Shown piece after piece: positions 34,634 through 43,315 of a stretch of 64,000 bases of DNA. Below the pieces are notes generated by a model. That model searched no databases. It was given only the letters and a program-made list of their open reading frames with translations, and was not told the origin of the DNA. This stretch comes from an uncultured Alphaproteobacteria bacterium (GTDB taxonomy: Bacteria > Pseudomonadota > Alphaproteobacteria > Rhizobiales > Xanthobacteraceae): NCBI GenBank assembly GCA_963712565.1, contig CAVQIP010000072.1:245-64244 (forward strand), in the 5' to 3' direction. The translations under genes were made by a program, and so were the position numbers. Every line of letters starts with the position of its first letter. The stretch's first letter is position 1.

Positions 34634-35728
34634 TCACACCTTGAAGATCCGCGCGTAGTGCGCCTTTATCTCCTCGGCCATCTTCTCGACGCCCTCGGGG
34701 TCCTCCTTCATCAGCTTGATCTCGGAGAGCTTGCGCAGGCCGCCGGGCTTTTCCACCGTCTGTTGATGCGGCGAATACTGGCGGGCCCAGTCGACCAGCA
34801 GCTGCTGCGCCTCGCGCGAGTGCATCCAGTTCTGGAACAGGCGCGCGGCATTCGGGTTGGGAGCCGCCTTGAACACCGCGCTCGGCCCGGTGGCGAGCGG
34901 CGTCCCCTCCTCGGGATAGACGATCTCGACCGGCTGGCCTTCCTCCTTGTAGCGGATGACGAGATAGCCGGCGCCGTCCACCATGACCGCGCGCTCTCCG
35001 AGCGCGATCTTCTTGGGCGTGTCGGTAGCCGACTGGACCTGCAGGACCCGCTGCTTGGCAAGCTTCTCGAAGTATTCCCAGCCGAGCTCGCGCGCGGTCT
35101 GCATGGTCGCGTTCATGATCGTGCCGCTGTAGGCGGGATGCGCCTTGACCATTTTGCCCGCCCATTTCGGATCGAGCAGGTCGGCAAAGCTCTTCGGCGC
35201 CTCCTCCTTCTTCACCAGATTGGTGTTGTAGGCGAGCGGAGAGATCAGGATCCGCGTCGTGATGTGCAGCGCTTCCGGGTCATAATATTTCGGCTCGAAA
35301 TGCTTGGCGACCTCCTCCGGCATGTACGGCGCGAGCCAACCGTTGCGCTTCCACGCCAGGCAATGCGCCTGGTCCGCGGTGTTGACCACGTCGACAGCGT
35401 GGATGTTGCCGCCGTATTCCTGGCTGATCCGGGTGAAGATGCGCTCGGCGCCGGAGCGCTCGACGCGCACCGCGATGCCGGGAAACTTGCCCTCGAATGT
35501 CTGCGCCAGCCGCTGCGCGAACGCCAGATCCATGGCGGTGTAGAAGGCGAGCTTGCCCTCCTTCTTGGCCGCCTCGACCAGCGCCGGCGTGATCGGCTCG
35601 GCCGCCGGTGCGCGCGATTGAGCCTGCGCGGACGGTGCGAACCCGCCGGCCTGCGAGCCGACGGCAGCGGCGGCGACCGCGGCCGACGCCTTGAGCAGGC
35701 CGCGTCTGGAGTATCGAATCGTGGCCAT
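34634..35728 (-). CDS. ABC transporter substrate-binding protein (Fe3+/polyamine-type PBP2), paralogue 1, with Tat signal
   Basis: ATG 35726-35728 follows GGGAGGA. The Tat signal is SRRGLLKASAAVAAAA. It is collinear with and similar to the two upstream paralogues. Confidence 0.85.
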   Translation of the reverse strand: MATIRYSRRGLLKASAAVAAAAVGSQAGGFAPSAQAQSRAPAAEPITPALVEAAKKEGKLAFYTAMDLAFAQRLAQTFEGKFPGIAVRVERSGAERIFTRISQEYGGNIHAVDVVNTADQAHCLAWKRNGWLAPYMPEEVAKHFEPKYYDPEALHITTRILISPLAYNTNLVKKEEAPKSFADLLDPKWAGKMVKAHPAYSGTIMNATMQTARELGWEYFEKLAKQRVLQVQSATDTPKKIALGERAVMVDGAGYLVIRYKEEGQPVEIVYPEEGTPLATGPSAVFKAAPNPNAARLFQNWMHSREAQQLLVDWARQYSPHQQTVEKPGGLRKLSEIKLMKEDPEGVEKMAEEIKAHYARIFKV

Positions 35729-35760
35729 TGTGTCCTCCCAGTCGGGATCGGGCGGCGCCG

Positions 35761-36855
35761 TCAAACGCCGAATAACTTGCTGTAGCGCGCCTTGATCTCG
35801 CCGCTCATCTTGTCGACGCCGGCGGGGTCCTCTTTCATGGTCTTGATGTCGCGCAAAGGCTTGCGGCCGGCTTTTTCCTTGACCAACGGGTGCATCGACC
35901 GCAACGCGCCGAAATCAACGATGAGTTGCTGGCACTCGACCGTGAAGCAGTAGCACTGAAATAGTCGCGCCGCGTTCGGATTGGGGGCATTCTTGAAGAT
36001 TGCGTTCGGGCCTACTACGGTCGGGATGCCTTCGGTCGGATAGACGATCTCGATCGGTCGGCCGGCCTCCTTGGTTTGCAGCACGTTGTATTCGCCGCCA
36101 TCCGCCATCACCGCGCGCTCGCCGAGCGCGAGCTTCTTGGGCGGATCGGTTGCGGACTGCACCTGCATGACTTTCTGCTTGGCGAGCTTCTCCAGATATT
36201 CCCAACCGAGCTCGCGCACGATCTGATAAGTCGCGGTGAGGATGGTTCCGCTGTAGGCGGGATGCGCCTTGACGATCTTGCCCGTCCATTTCGGATCGAG
36301 GAGGTCGGCGAAGCTCTTGGGCGCCTCTTCGGCCTTGACCAGGTTGGTGTTGTAGGCGACCGCGCTCAAGCTCACGCGGAAGCTCGCGAACATTCCATCC
36401 GGATCCTTGTGATCCGCAGGATAGTGCCTGGCGACGTCCTCGGGCGCGAACGGCGCCAGCAGTCCGTCGCGCTTCCATGCGATGAAATGCGCGGCGTCCG
36501 ACGAATTGACCACGTCGACGCCGTAGATGCGGCTCGCATATTCCTGACCGATGCGCTGGAACACGCGCTCGGCGCCGGTGCGCTCGACACGCACCGCGAT
36601 GCCGGGGAACCGGGCCTCAAACGATTTCGCGATCTTTTCGGCCAGCGGCAGGTCGACGGAGGTGTAGTAGTTGACCTTTCCCTCCGCTCTCGCCGCTTCG
36701 ATCAGTTTCGGCGTGATTGCGGTCGGCTCGGGTGTCACCGCCTGCGCTTGCGCACGGGGGAGCAACCTGCCGGCACCATGGGAGACCAATACGCCGCCGG
36801 CAGTCACGACCGACGCCCCGAGCAGGGCGCGTCTGGAGAAGCGCAGCTTGGCCAT
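35761..36855 (-). CDS. ABC transporter substrate-binding protein, paralogue 2, with Tat signal
   Basis: MAKLRFSRRALLGAS. It shares long identical runs with paralogue 3, for example IAVRVERTGAERVFQRIGQEYASRI and LLDPKWTGKIVKAHP. Confidence 0.85.
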   Translation of the reverse strand: MAKLRFSRRALLGASVVTAGGVLVSHGAGRLLPRAQAQAVTPEPTAITPKLIEAARAEGKVNYYTSVDLPLAEKIAKSFEARFPGIAVRVERTGAERVFQRIGQEYASRIYGVDVVNSSDAAHFIAWKRDGLLAPFAPEDVARHYPADHKDPDGMFASFRVSLSAVAYNTNLVKAEEAPKSFADLLDPKWTGKIVKAHPAYSGTILTATYQIVRELGWEYLEKLAKQKVMQVQSATDPPKKLALGERAVMADGGEYNVLQTKEAGRPIEIVYPTEGIPTVVGPNAIFKNAPNPNAARLFQCYCFTVECQQLIVDFGALRSMHPLVKEKAGRKPLRDIKTMKEDPAGVDKMSGEIKARYSKLFGV

Positions 36856-36919
36856 CGTTCACCTCTTGCGGCCGTCCGGCGTGCGCATCAGGATGACCGG
36901 CCCGGAACTTTCACCGGCA

Positions 36920-37984
36920 TCACACCCCGAACAGCTTGCTGTAGCGCGCCTTGATCTGCTCGCTCATCTTCTCCACTGCCGCCGGGTCGTCCTTCATCTT
37001 CTTGATCTCGCTGAACGGCTTGCGGCCGGGCTTCTCCTTGACCTGCGGGTGCAACGAGCGCAGACCGCCGACATCGACGATGAGCTGCTGCGCCTCGGGC
37101 GAGAAGCAGAAGCTCTGGAACAGGCGCGCCGCGTTGGGATTGGGCGCGTTCTTGAACATCGCATTGGGGCCGACGATGAGCGGCGAGCCCTCGGTCGCGT
37201 AGACGATCTCGACCGGGTTGCCCTTCTCCTTCTCGACGAACATGTTGTACTCGTTGCCGTCGGCCATCACCGCCCGCTCGCCGAGCGCGAGCTTCTTGGG
37301 CGGGTCGGCCGAGGACTGCACCTGCAGCACCTTCTGCTTGGCGAGCTTCTCGAAATATTCCCATCCCAGATCGCGCGACATCTGGTAGGTGGCGGTCATG
37401 ATGGTGCCGCTGTAGCTCGGATGCGCCTTGACGATCTTGCCGGTCCATTTCGGATCGAGCAGGTCGGCGTAGCTCTTGGGCGCGTCCGCCGCCTTCACCA
37501 GATTGGTGTTGTAGCCGATGACGCAGACCCAGGCGCGGAAGGTCGCGAACATGCCGTCCGGATCCTTGTGCTCGCTGGGATAATACTTGGCCACGTCCTC
37601 CGGCAGATAGGGCTCGAGGATGCCTTCGCGCTTCCAGACGATGAAATGGGCGGCGTCGGATGAATTGACCACGTCGACGGCATGTATCCGGCTGGCATAT
37701 TCCTGACCGATGCGCTGGAACACGCGCTCGGCGCCGGTGCGCTCGACGCGCACCGCGATGTCCGGATATTTCGCTTCGAACGCTTTCGCTATCTTCTCGG
37801 CGAGCGGCAGGTCGATGGAGGTGTAATAGACGACCTTGCCCTCCTTCTTCGCGGCCTCGATCAGTTGCGGGGTGACCGCGCTGGCCGCTGGCGCCGCCGA
37901 CGCGACCGAAGCGAGCACGCTCGACGCCGCCAGCGCCGTCGAGCCCTGCAGCAGCTCCCGCCTGGAAAATATCGGCTTGGTCAT
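36920..37984 (-). CDS. ABC transporter substrate-binding protein, paralogue 3, with Tat signal
   Basis: MTKPIFSRRELLQGS, with a GAGGAG SD. See the paralogue comparison under 35761..36855. Confidence 0.85.
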   Translation of the reverse strand: MTKPIFSRRELLQGSTALAASSVLASVASAAPAASAVTPQLIEAAKKEGKVVYYTSIDLPLAEKIAKAFEAKYPDIAVRVERTGAERVFQRIGQEYASRIHAVDVVNSSDAAHFIVWKREGILEPYLPEDVAKYYPSEHKDPDGMFATFRAWVCVIGYNTNLVKAADAPKSYADLLDPKWTGKIVKAHPSYSGTIMTATYQMSRDLGWEYFEKLAKQKVLQVQSSADPPKKLALGERAVMADGNEYNMFVEKEKGNPVEIVYATEGSPLIVGPNAMFKNAPNPNAARLFQSFCFSPEAQQLIVDVGGLRSLHPQVKEKPGRKPFSEIKKMKDDPAAVEKMSEQIKARYSKLFGV

Positions 37985-38029
37985 GGTCGTCTCCTCTGCA
38001 GCTCGTGTTCTGTTTCCGGATTCCCGGCC

Positions 38030-39091
38030 TCATCCGCTGAGCACGCGGCAGCGGTCCGGCGGCAGATAGAGCCAGACCGCGGTTCCCTGGGGAATGTTCT
38101 CGGCCGCCGATGCCACCACGCGCAACTGGGTGCCGTCCGGCACCTCCACCAGATAGTCGCGGTTCGCGCCGAGGAAGACCTGCCGCACCACGGTTCCCGG
38201 AACCACGTTGTCCATCGTATCAGGCTTCTTCGCCGAAAGCCGCACCACGTGCTGGCGCACCGCGATCGCGCCCTCGCTGCCCGCGACAAATTTGCCGCCG
38301 CTGCAGCGCAAGGTACCGCCGGCGCACGACAGGTGGCTTTCGTCGCGCGCCCGGCCCTTGATGACATTGCTGGAGCCGATGAAGCGGGCGACGAATTCCG
38401 AGCGCGGCCGTTCGTAGATGTCCTCGGGCGAGCCCGCCTGCTCGATCTTGCCGGCGTTCATCACTGCGATGACGTCGGCGGTCGTCATCGCTTCCGACTG
38501 GTCGTGGGTGACATAGACCGTGGTGTAGCGGTACTCGTCGTGCAGGCGCCGCACCTCGAAGCGCATCTCCTCGCGGAGATTGGCGTCCAGATTCGAGAGC
38601 GGCTCGTCGAGCAGAAGCGTCTCGGGTTCGACCACCAGGGCGCGCGCCAGCGCGACGCGCTGCTGCTGACCGCCCGAAAGCTCCCCCGGATAGCGATCGG
38701 CGAGCTCGCCGAGATGGGTGGTGTCCAGGATGGCGGCGAGCTTGCGCTTGATGGTATCGCGGTCGAGCTTGCGCAGCTCGAGCCCATAGGCGACGTTCTC
38801 GGCAACCGTCATGTGCGGCCACAGCGCGTAGCTTTGGAAGATCATCGACATGTTGCGCCGCTCCGGCGGCATGGTTCGCGCTGGCGAGGATACGAGCTGG
38901 TCGCCGACCCGGATCTCGCCGGCGGAAGGCTCGACAAAGCCAGCGATCAGCCGCAGCGTCGTCGTCTTGCCGCAACCGGAGGGACCGAGCAGGCAGGCGA
39001 GCCGGCCGTGCTCGATGGTGAGCGACACGTCGTCGACGACCGCCAGATCGCCGTAGCGCTTGGTGAGCCCCCGCAATTCAACCGACGCCAC
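38030..39091 (-). CDS. ABC transporter ATP-binding protein (FbpC/PotA/MalK-like with C-terminal TOBE-type domain)
   Basis: GTG start 39089-39091 follows GAGGAGG. Walker A GPSGCGKTT, signature LSGGQQQRVALARAL and Walker B LLLDEPLSNLD are present. Confidence 0.9.
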   Translation of the reverse strand: MASVELRGLTKRYGDLAVVDDVSLTIEHGRLACLLGPSGCGKTTTLRLIAGFVEPSAGEIRVGDQLVSSPARTMPPERRNMSMIFQSYALWPHMTVAENVAYGLELRKLDRDTIKRKLAAILDTTHLGELADRYPGELSGGQQQRVALARALVVEPETLLLDEPLSNLDANLREEMRFEVRRLHDEYRYTTVYVTHDQSEAMTTADVIAVMNAGKIEQAGSPEDIYERPRSEFVARFIGSSNVIKGRARDESHLSCAGGTLRCSGGKFVAGSEGAIAVRQHVVRLSAKKPDTMDNVVPGTVVRQVFLGANRDYLVEVPDGTQLRVVASAAENIPQGTAVWLYLPPDRCRVLSG

Positions 39092-39245
39092 GCCCTTGCC
39101 TCCTCGACCCTCGACCCGGATTGTCGGCCGCTTTCGTCTCGCGCCTATTGAAACACCAAATCGCGGCTCGGCATCCGCGACAGCTTGCCGCCTATTGGCG
39201 ATTCCCCGTCTTCAGGTCCGAGGACAAGAGCGATCGCACCGCATC

Positions 39246-39290
39246 TTGTCGTCCCCGCGCAGGCGGGCACCCATATTCCAGAGACCGTGA
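39246..39290. repeat. Half copy of the A-type REP (one hairpin plus spacer, inverted orientation)
   Basis: The sequence is ttgtcgtccccgcgcaggcgggcacccatattccagagaccgtg. Confidence 0.7.
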
Positions 39291-39329
39291 CTGGCACACA
39301 CGATGGCGCCCGGACGACGGCATCGCCCC

Positions 39330-40142
39330 CTATGTCCCGGTGAACCGCGGCTTGCGCTTCTCCATGAATGCCCGGCGCCCCTCGATGAAGTCGTTGCTGG
39401 TGAAACATTGCTCAACCATTTCGGCGCAGCGCGCCACGTTGCGCTTGGATTCATCCTTGACGACCTCGCCGACGATATATTTGACCGCCTTCACCGTGAG
39501 CGGGGCATTGGCGGCGATCATCTCGGCGTAGTTCTTCACATAGGCCTCGAGCTCGGCCTCTGCCACGACGCGGTTGACGAGACCCATCAGGCGCGCCTCC
39601 TCGGTATCGAACTGGCGCGCGGTGAAGAAGATTTCCCGGGCGAAGGCGGGCCCGACGATGGCGACGAGCCGGCGTAGGCCGGCATAGGAATAGCCGAGCC
39701 CGAGCTTCGCCGCCGGCACCGCGAAGCGCGAGTTGTCGGAGCAGATGCGCAGATCGCAGCACACCGCCAGCCCGAGCCCGCCGCCGATGCAATAGCCGCG
39801 GATCATGGCAATGGTGGGCTTGGGAAACTCCTGCACGCCCGCATAGGCCTTCTCGACGGTTGCGTTGTAATGCTTGGTCGCGTCGAGCGTGGCGCGCTCG
39901 CTTTCGAACTTCGAGATATCGGCGCCGGAGACGAAGGCCTTGCCGCCGGCTCCGGTGAGTACGACCACGCGCACCTCGTCATCCTTGGCGAAGTCTTCGA
40001 GGATCCGGCTCGTCGCCGCCCACATATCGAGTGATACCGCGTTATGACGCTCGGGATTGTTGAAGATCACGTAGCCGACGCGGCCGTCCTTGCGCGAAAG
40101 TATCTTGTCGGTCTTGTTCTCGGTCTTGGTTACGTCGTCCAT
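39330..40142 (-). CDS. Enoyl-CoA hydratase/isomerase (crotonase) family protein
   Basis: This 270-aa protein shows crotonase blocks: VVLTGAGGKAFVSGADI and GYCIGGGLGLAVCCDLR. GGAGGA SD is present. Confidence 0.9.
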   Translation of the reverse strand: MDDVTKTENKTDKILSRKDGRVGYVIFNNPERHNAVSLDMWAATSRILEDFAKDDEVRVVVLTGAGGKAFVSGADISKFESERATLDATKHYNATVEKAYAGVQEFPKPTIAMIRGYCIGGGLGLAVCCDLRICSDNSRFAVPAAKLGLGYSYAGLRRLVAIVGPAFAREIFFTARQFDTEEARLMGLVNRVVAEAELEAYVKNYAEMIAANAPLTVKAVKYIVGEVVKDESKRNVARCAEMVEQCFTSNDFIEGRRAFMEKRKPRFTGT

Positions 40143-40188
40143 GGCTTGTCCTCCGCGCTCGGTTCTTGCGCGTCAATCGTTGCAGATC

Positions 40189-41382
40189 TCAAATCGCGTT
40201 CGCCTTGTGCAGCGCGGCGATCTCCCTGGCGCTGAATCCAAACTCCTTCAGCACGGCAGCGGTATGCTCGCCGAGCTCGGGCGGCGGCGTCGCCAGCCTG
40301 CTCGGCGTGCGCGACAGCGACATCGGCTGGCCCGCCATGCGCAGCTTCGACTTGTGCTTGGTCTTCACGGTCTGTGCGACGCCGAGATGCTCGACCTGCG
40401 GGTCGGCGTAGACCTGGTCGATGGTGTAGATCGGCCCGCACGGAACGCCTGCCTTGTTGAGCAGCTCGATCCATTCGGCGCTCGTGCGCTTGACCGTATA
40501 TTTCTCCATGTCGGCATTGAGCGCATCGCGGTTCTTCGAGCGCTCGGCGGCGGTCTGATATTCCGGCCGCTCCGCCAGCGCGGTCGCGCCGGCCGCCTCG
40601 CAGAACCGAGCCCATATCTTCGAACCGGTCGAGGCGATGTTGATATGGCCGTCGGCGGTCTTGAACACGCCGGTCGGGATGCTGGTGGGATGATTGTTGC
40701 CGGCCTGCTTGGGCACTTCGCCGCCGATGAGCCAGCGGGCGCCCTGGAAGTCGAGCATGAAGATTTGCGCCTGCAGCAGCGAGGTCGCGACATGCTGGCC
40801 CTTCTTCGACTTCTCACGCTCGAGCAACGCCACCAGAATGCCGAGCGCGCAGAACAGGCCCGCGCTGAGATCGGCGATCGGGATGCCGACCCGCACCGGC
40901 CCCTGCCCCGGCAAGCCGGTGATCGACATCAGCCCGCCCATGCCTTGCGCGATCTGATCGAAGCCCGGCCGGCCGGCGTAGGGGCCGGTCTGCCCGAAAC
41001 CGGAAATGCTGGCATAGACGAGCTTGGGATTGATCTTGCGCAATTGCGGGTAGTCGATGCCGAGCCGGCGTTTCACGTCCGGGCGAAAATTTTCGACCAC
41101 CACGTCGGCCTTCTTCACCATGCGCTTGAAAGCCGCCAAGGCCGCGGGCGCCTTCAGATTGAGGGTCATGCTGCGCTTGTTGCGGTGCAGGTTCTGGAAG
41201 TCGGAGCCTTCGCGCGGGCCGCCGAGCGGGTCGCCGCCGCCGGGCTCGGGCGGTAACTCGATCTTGATCACGTTGGCGCCCCAATCCGCGAGCTGACGTA
41301 CGCAGGTCGGGCCGGCGCGGACCCGGGTCAGATCGAGGACGGTGAATCGTTCGAGCGCGCGCGAGGCCCTGGGAAACGGCAT
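40189..41382 (-). CDS. CaiB/BaiF family III CoA-transferase
   Basis: ORF trimmed to MPFPRASRALERFTVLDLTRVRAGPTCVRQLADWGANVIKIE (ATG 41380-41382). Blocks ENFRPDV and GFDQIAQGMGGLMSITG are typical. Confidence 0.9.
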   Translation of the reverse strand: MPFPRASRALERFTVLDLTRVRAGPTCVRQLADWGANVIKIELPPEPGGGDPLGGPREGSDFQNLHRNKRSMTLNLKAPAALAAFKRMVKKADVVVENFRPDVKRRLGIDYPQLRKINPKLVYASISGFGQTGPYAGRPGFDQIAQGMGGLMSITGLPGQGPVRVGIPIADLSAGLFCALGILVALLEREKSKKGQHVATSLLQAQIFMLDFQGARWLIGGEVPKQAGNNHPTSIPTGVFKTADGHINIASTGSKIWARFCEAAGATALAERPEYQTAAERSKNRDALNADMEKYTVKRTSAEWIELLNKAGVPCGPIYTIDQVYADPQVEHLGVAQTVKTKHKSKLRMAGQPMSLSRTPSRLATPPPELGEHTAAVLKEFGFSAREIAALHKANAI

Positions 41383-41608
41383 TTTTTCGGCACCCTGCCT
41401 GGTGTCTTTCTTTTGAGATGTTGCTCTTGGCCCGGCGGAGCGCCGGCAAGGCCCCCGACATTCCCTGATATCCCGCCTGTTGTCCACCGAGGAACGGATT
41501 TGAGCAGCGCAGACAATATCCGCTATGGTGCGGGCGAGCCGGGGGGCGCCCGAACGATCGATGGACCAGGACGCCTTGATGACGACGCCCGCGACGAACT
41601 TTTCCCCG

Positions 41609-43174
41609 ATGACGAAGTTGAGCCGCCTGCTATTGGCGCTGCTGGTCGCCGGCGCGGCCACGGTCGCGAGCGCGCAGGAGCGCGCGCGCCGGCCGCAGCA
41701 GCAGCCGCCGCAGCAGCAGACGGAGCAGCGCCCGTCTCAGCAACAGACCGAGCAGCGCCCGTCGCAGCAGCGGCAGGACGCACACGAGAGCGTGCTGCGG
41801 CTGTTGCCGGCGGATGCGGTGAGCGAGCACAGCGTCGATATCCCCGGCGGCAAGCTCGCCTATACCGCGACCGCGGGAACCCTCTCGCTGTTCGATCAGT
41901 CGGGCGAGCGTTCGGCCGCGATCTACTACACCGCCTACGTCGCCAACAGCGCCGCGGGCGCGAACCGTCCCATCACCTTCGCTTTCAACGGCGGCCCGGG
42001 GGCGGCGTCGGCGTATCTCACCTTGGGCTTGGTTGGGCCGAGGATCCTGGAGTTCGTCGGCAACGACGCGGCAGCCGCTCGCCTGCAGGACAATCCGCAG
42101 ACCTGGCTCGGCTTCACTGATCTGGTCATGATCGATCCGGTGGGAACCGGCTGGAGCAGGCCGGCCAAGGCCGACGGCGGCGGCGCATTCTACGGCGTGC
42201 GCGCGGACGCTCAGGCGCTGGCCAAGACCATCGCGCTCTACCTCGCCAAGAACAACCGCGGCAACTCACCCAAATACATCCTCGGGGAAAGCTACGGCGG
42301 GTTTCGCGCCGCCAAGGTGGCGCAGGCGTTGCAACGGGAGCAGGGCATCACCGTCTCCGGCATCGTCATGGTGTCGCCATTGATCGAGGGGGCCTTGATC
42401 TTCGGCGGCAGCCGGTTCGCCCTGGGCGCGGCATTGCAATTGCCGTCGCTGGCGGCGACCGAGCTCGAACGCAGGGGCACCTTCAGCCGCGAGGCGCAGG
42501 CGGCCGCCGAGCACTTCGCGCTCACCGAATATCTCACGACGCTGGCCGGGGCGCGGCCCACGGGCGAGGCCGCCCGCAATTTTTATGCGCGCGTCGCGCA
42601 AATCAGCGGACTGCCCGAGGATGTCGTAACCAAGGCGCGCGGCTTCATCCGCGACGCCTATGTCAAGCACCTGCGCTCCGCCGAAGGCAAGATCGTCAGC
42701 CGCTACGACGCGACTTTCGCGGTCGCCGATCCGTTTCCAGAACAGGAAACCGCGCGCGGTGCCGATCCGCTGCTCGATGGTCTCACCCGCGCCTATGGCG
42801 GCGCCTACTCCGCCTATGCCCGCGACGAGCTCGGCTTCAAGACCGAGATGACCTACATCCTGCTGGCATCCGATGTCTCGGGCAAATGGGATTGGGGGGA
42901 ACATTCCGGGCGCGGCACCGCCAGCGTCAGCGACGAGGTGCGGGAGCTGCTGTCGCTCGTTCCCTCATTCCGCCTGCTCATCGCGCACGGCTACAGCGAC
43001 ATGGTCACGCCCTACGCGGTGAGCCGCTACGTGCTCGACCACTTGCCGCCGATCGGCGATCCGTCGCGCACCCAGCTCAATCTCTATCGCGGCGGGCACA
43101 TGTTCTATATCGATGCGGAATCGCGCAAGGCGTTCAGCGCGGACGCCAAGGCGTTCTATCAATCGGCGCAGTGA
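41609..43174 (+). CDS. Peptidase S10 (serine carboxypeptidase-like) family protein, secreted
   Basis: ATG 41609 (MTKLSRLLLALLVAGAATVASA). Blocks FNGGPGAAS, IDPVGTGWS and the nucleophile motif GESYGG are present, with HGYSD near the C-terminus. Upstream in-frame ATGs also exist. Confidence 0.8.
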   Translation: MTKLSRLLLALLVAGAATVASAQERARRPQQQPPQQQTEQRPSQQQTEQRPSQQRQDAHESVLRLLPADAVSEHSVDIPGGKLAYTATAGTLSLFDQSGERSAAIYYTAYVANSAAGANRPITFAFNGGPGAASAYLTLGLVGPRILEFVGNDAAAARLQDNPQTWLGFTDLVMIDPVGTGWSRPAKADGGGAFYGVRADAQALAKTIALYLAKNNRGNSPKYILGESYGGFRAAKVAQALQREQGITVSGIVMVSPLIEGALIFGGSRFALGAALQLPSLAATELERRGTFSREAQAAAEHFALTEYLTTLAGARPTGEAARNFYARVAQISGLPEDVVTKARGFIRDAYVKHLRSAEGKIVSRYDATFAVADPFPEQETARGADPLLDGLTRAYGGAYSAYARDELGFKTEMTYILLASDVSGKWDWGEHSGRGTASVSDEVRELLSLVPSFRLLIAHGYSDMVTPYAVSRYVLDHLPPIGDPSRTQLNLYRGGHMFYIDAESRKAFSADAKAFYQSAQ

Positions 43175-43208
43175 CGACTCCGGCATTCGTAGTTGACTGG
43201 CATCAGTT

Positions 43209-43283
43209 GTTGTCGTCCCCGCGCAAGCGGGGACCTATATTCCAGAGCCGGTGGTTATGGGTCCCCGCTTTCGCGGGGACGAA
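43209..43283. repeat. REP-like element, A-type (inverted orientation)
   Basis: The sequence is ttgtcgtccccgcgcaagcggggacctatattccagagccggtggttatgggtccccgctttcgcggggacgaa. Confidence 0.85.
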
Positions 43284-43315
43284 GTCACGATCAACTGATC
43301 GGCCGGATTTCGCGA

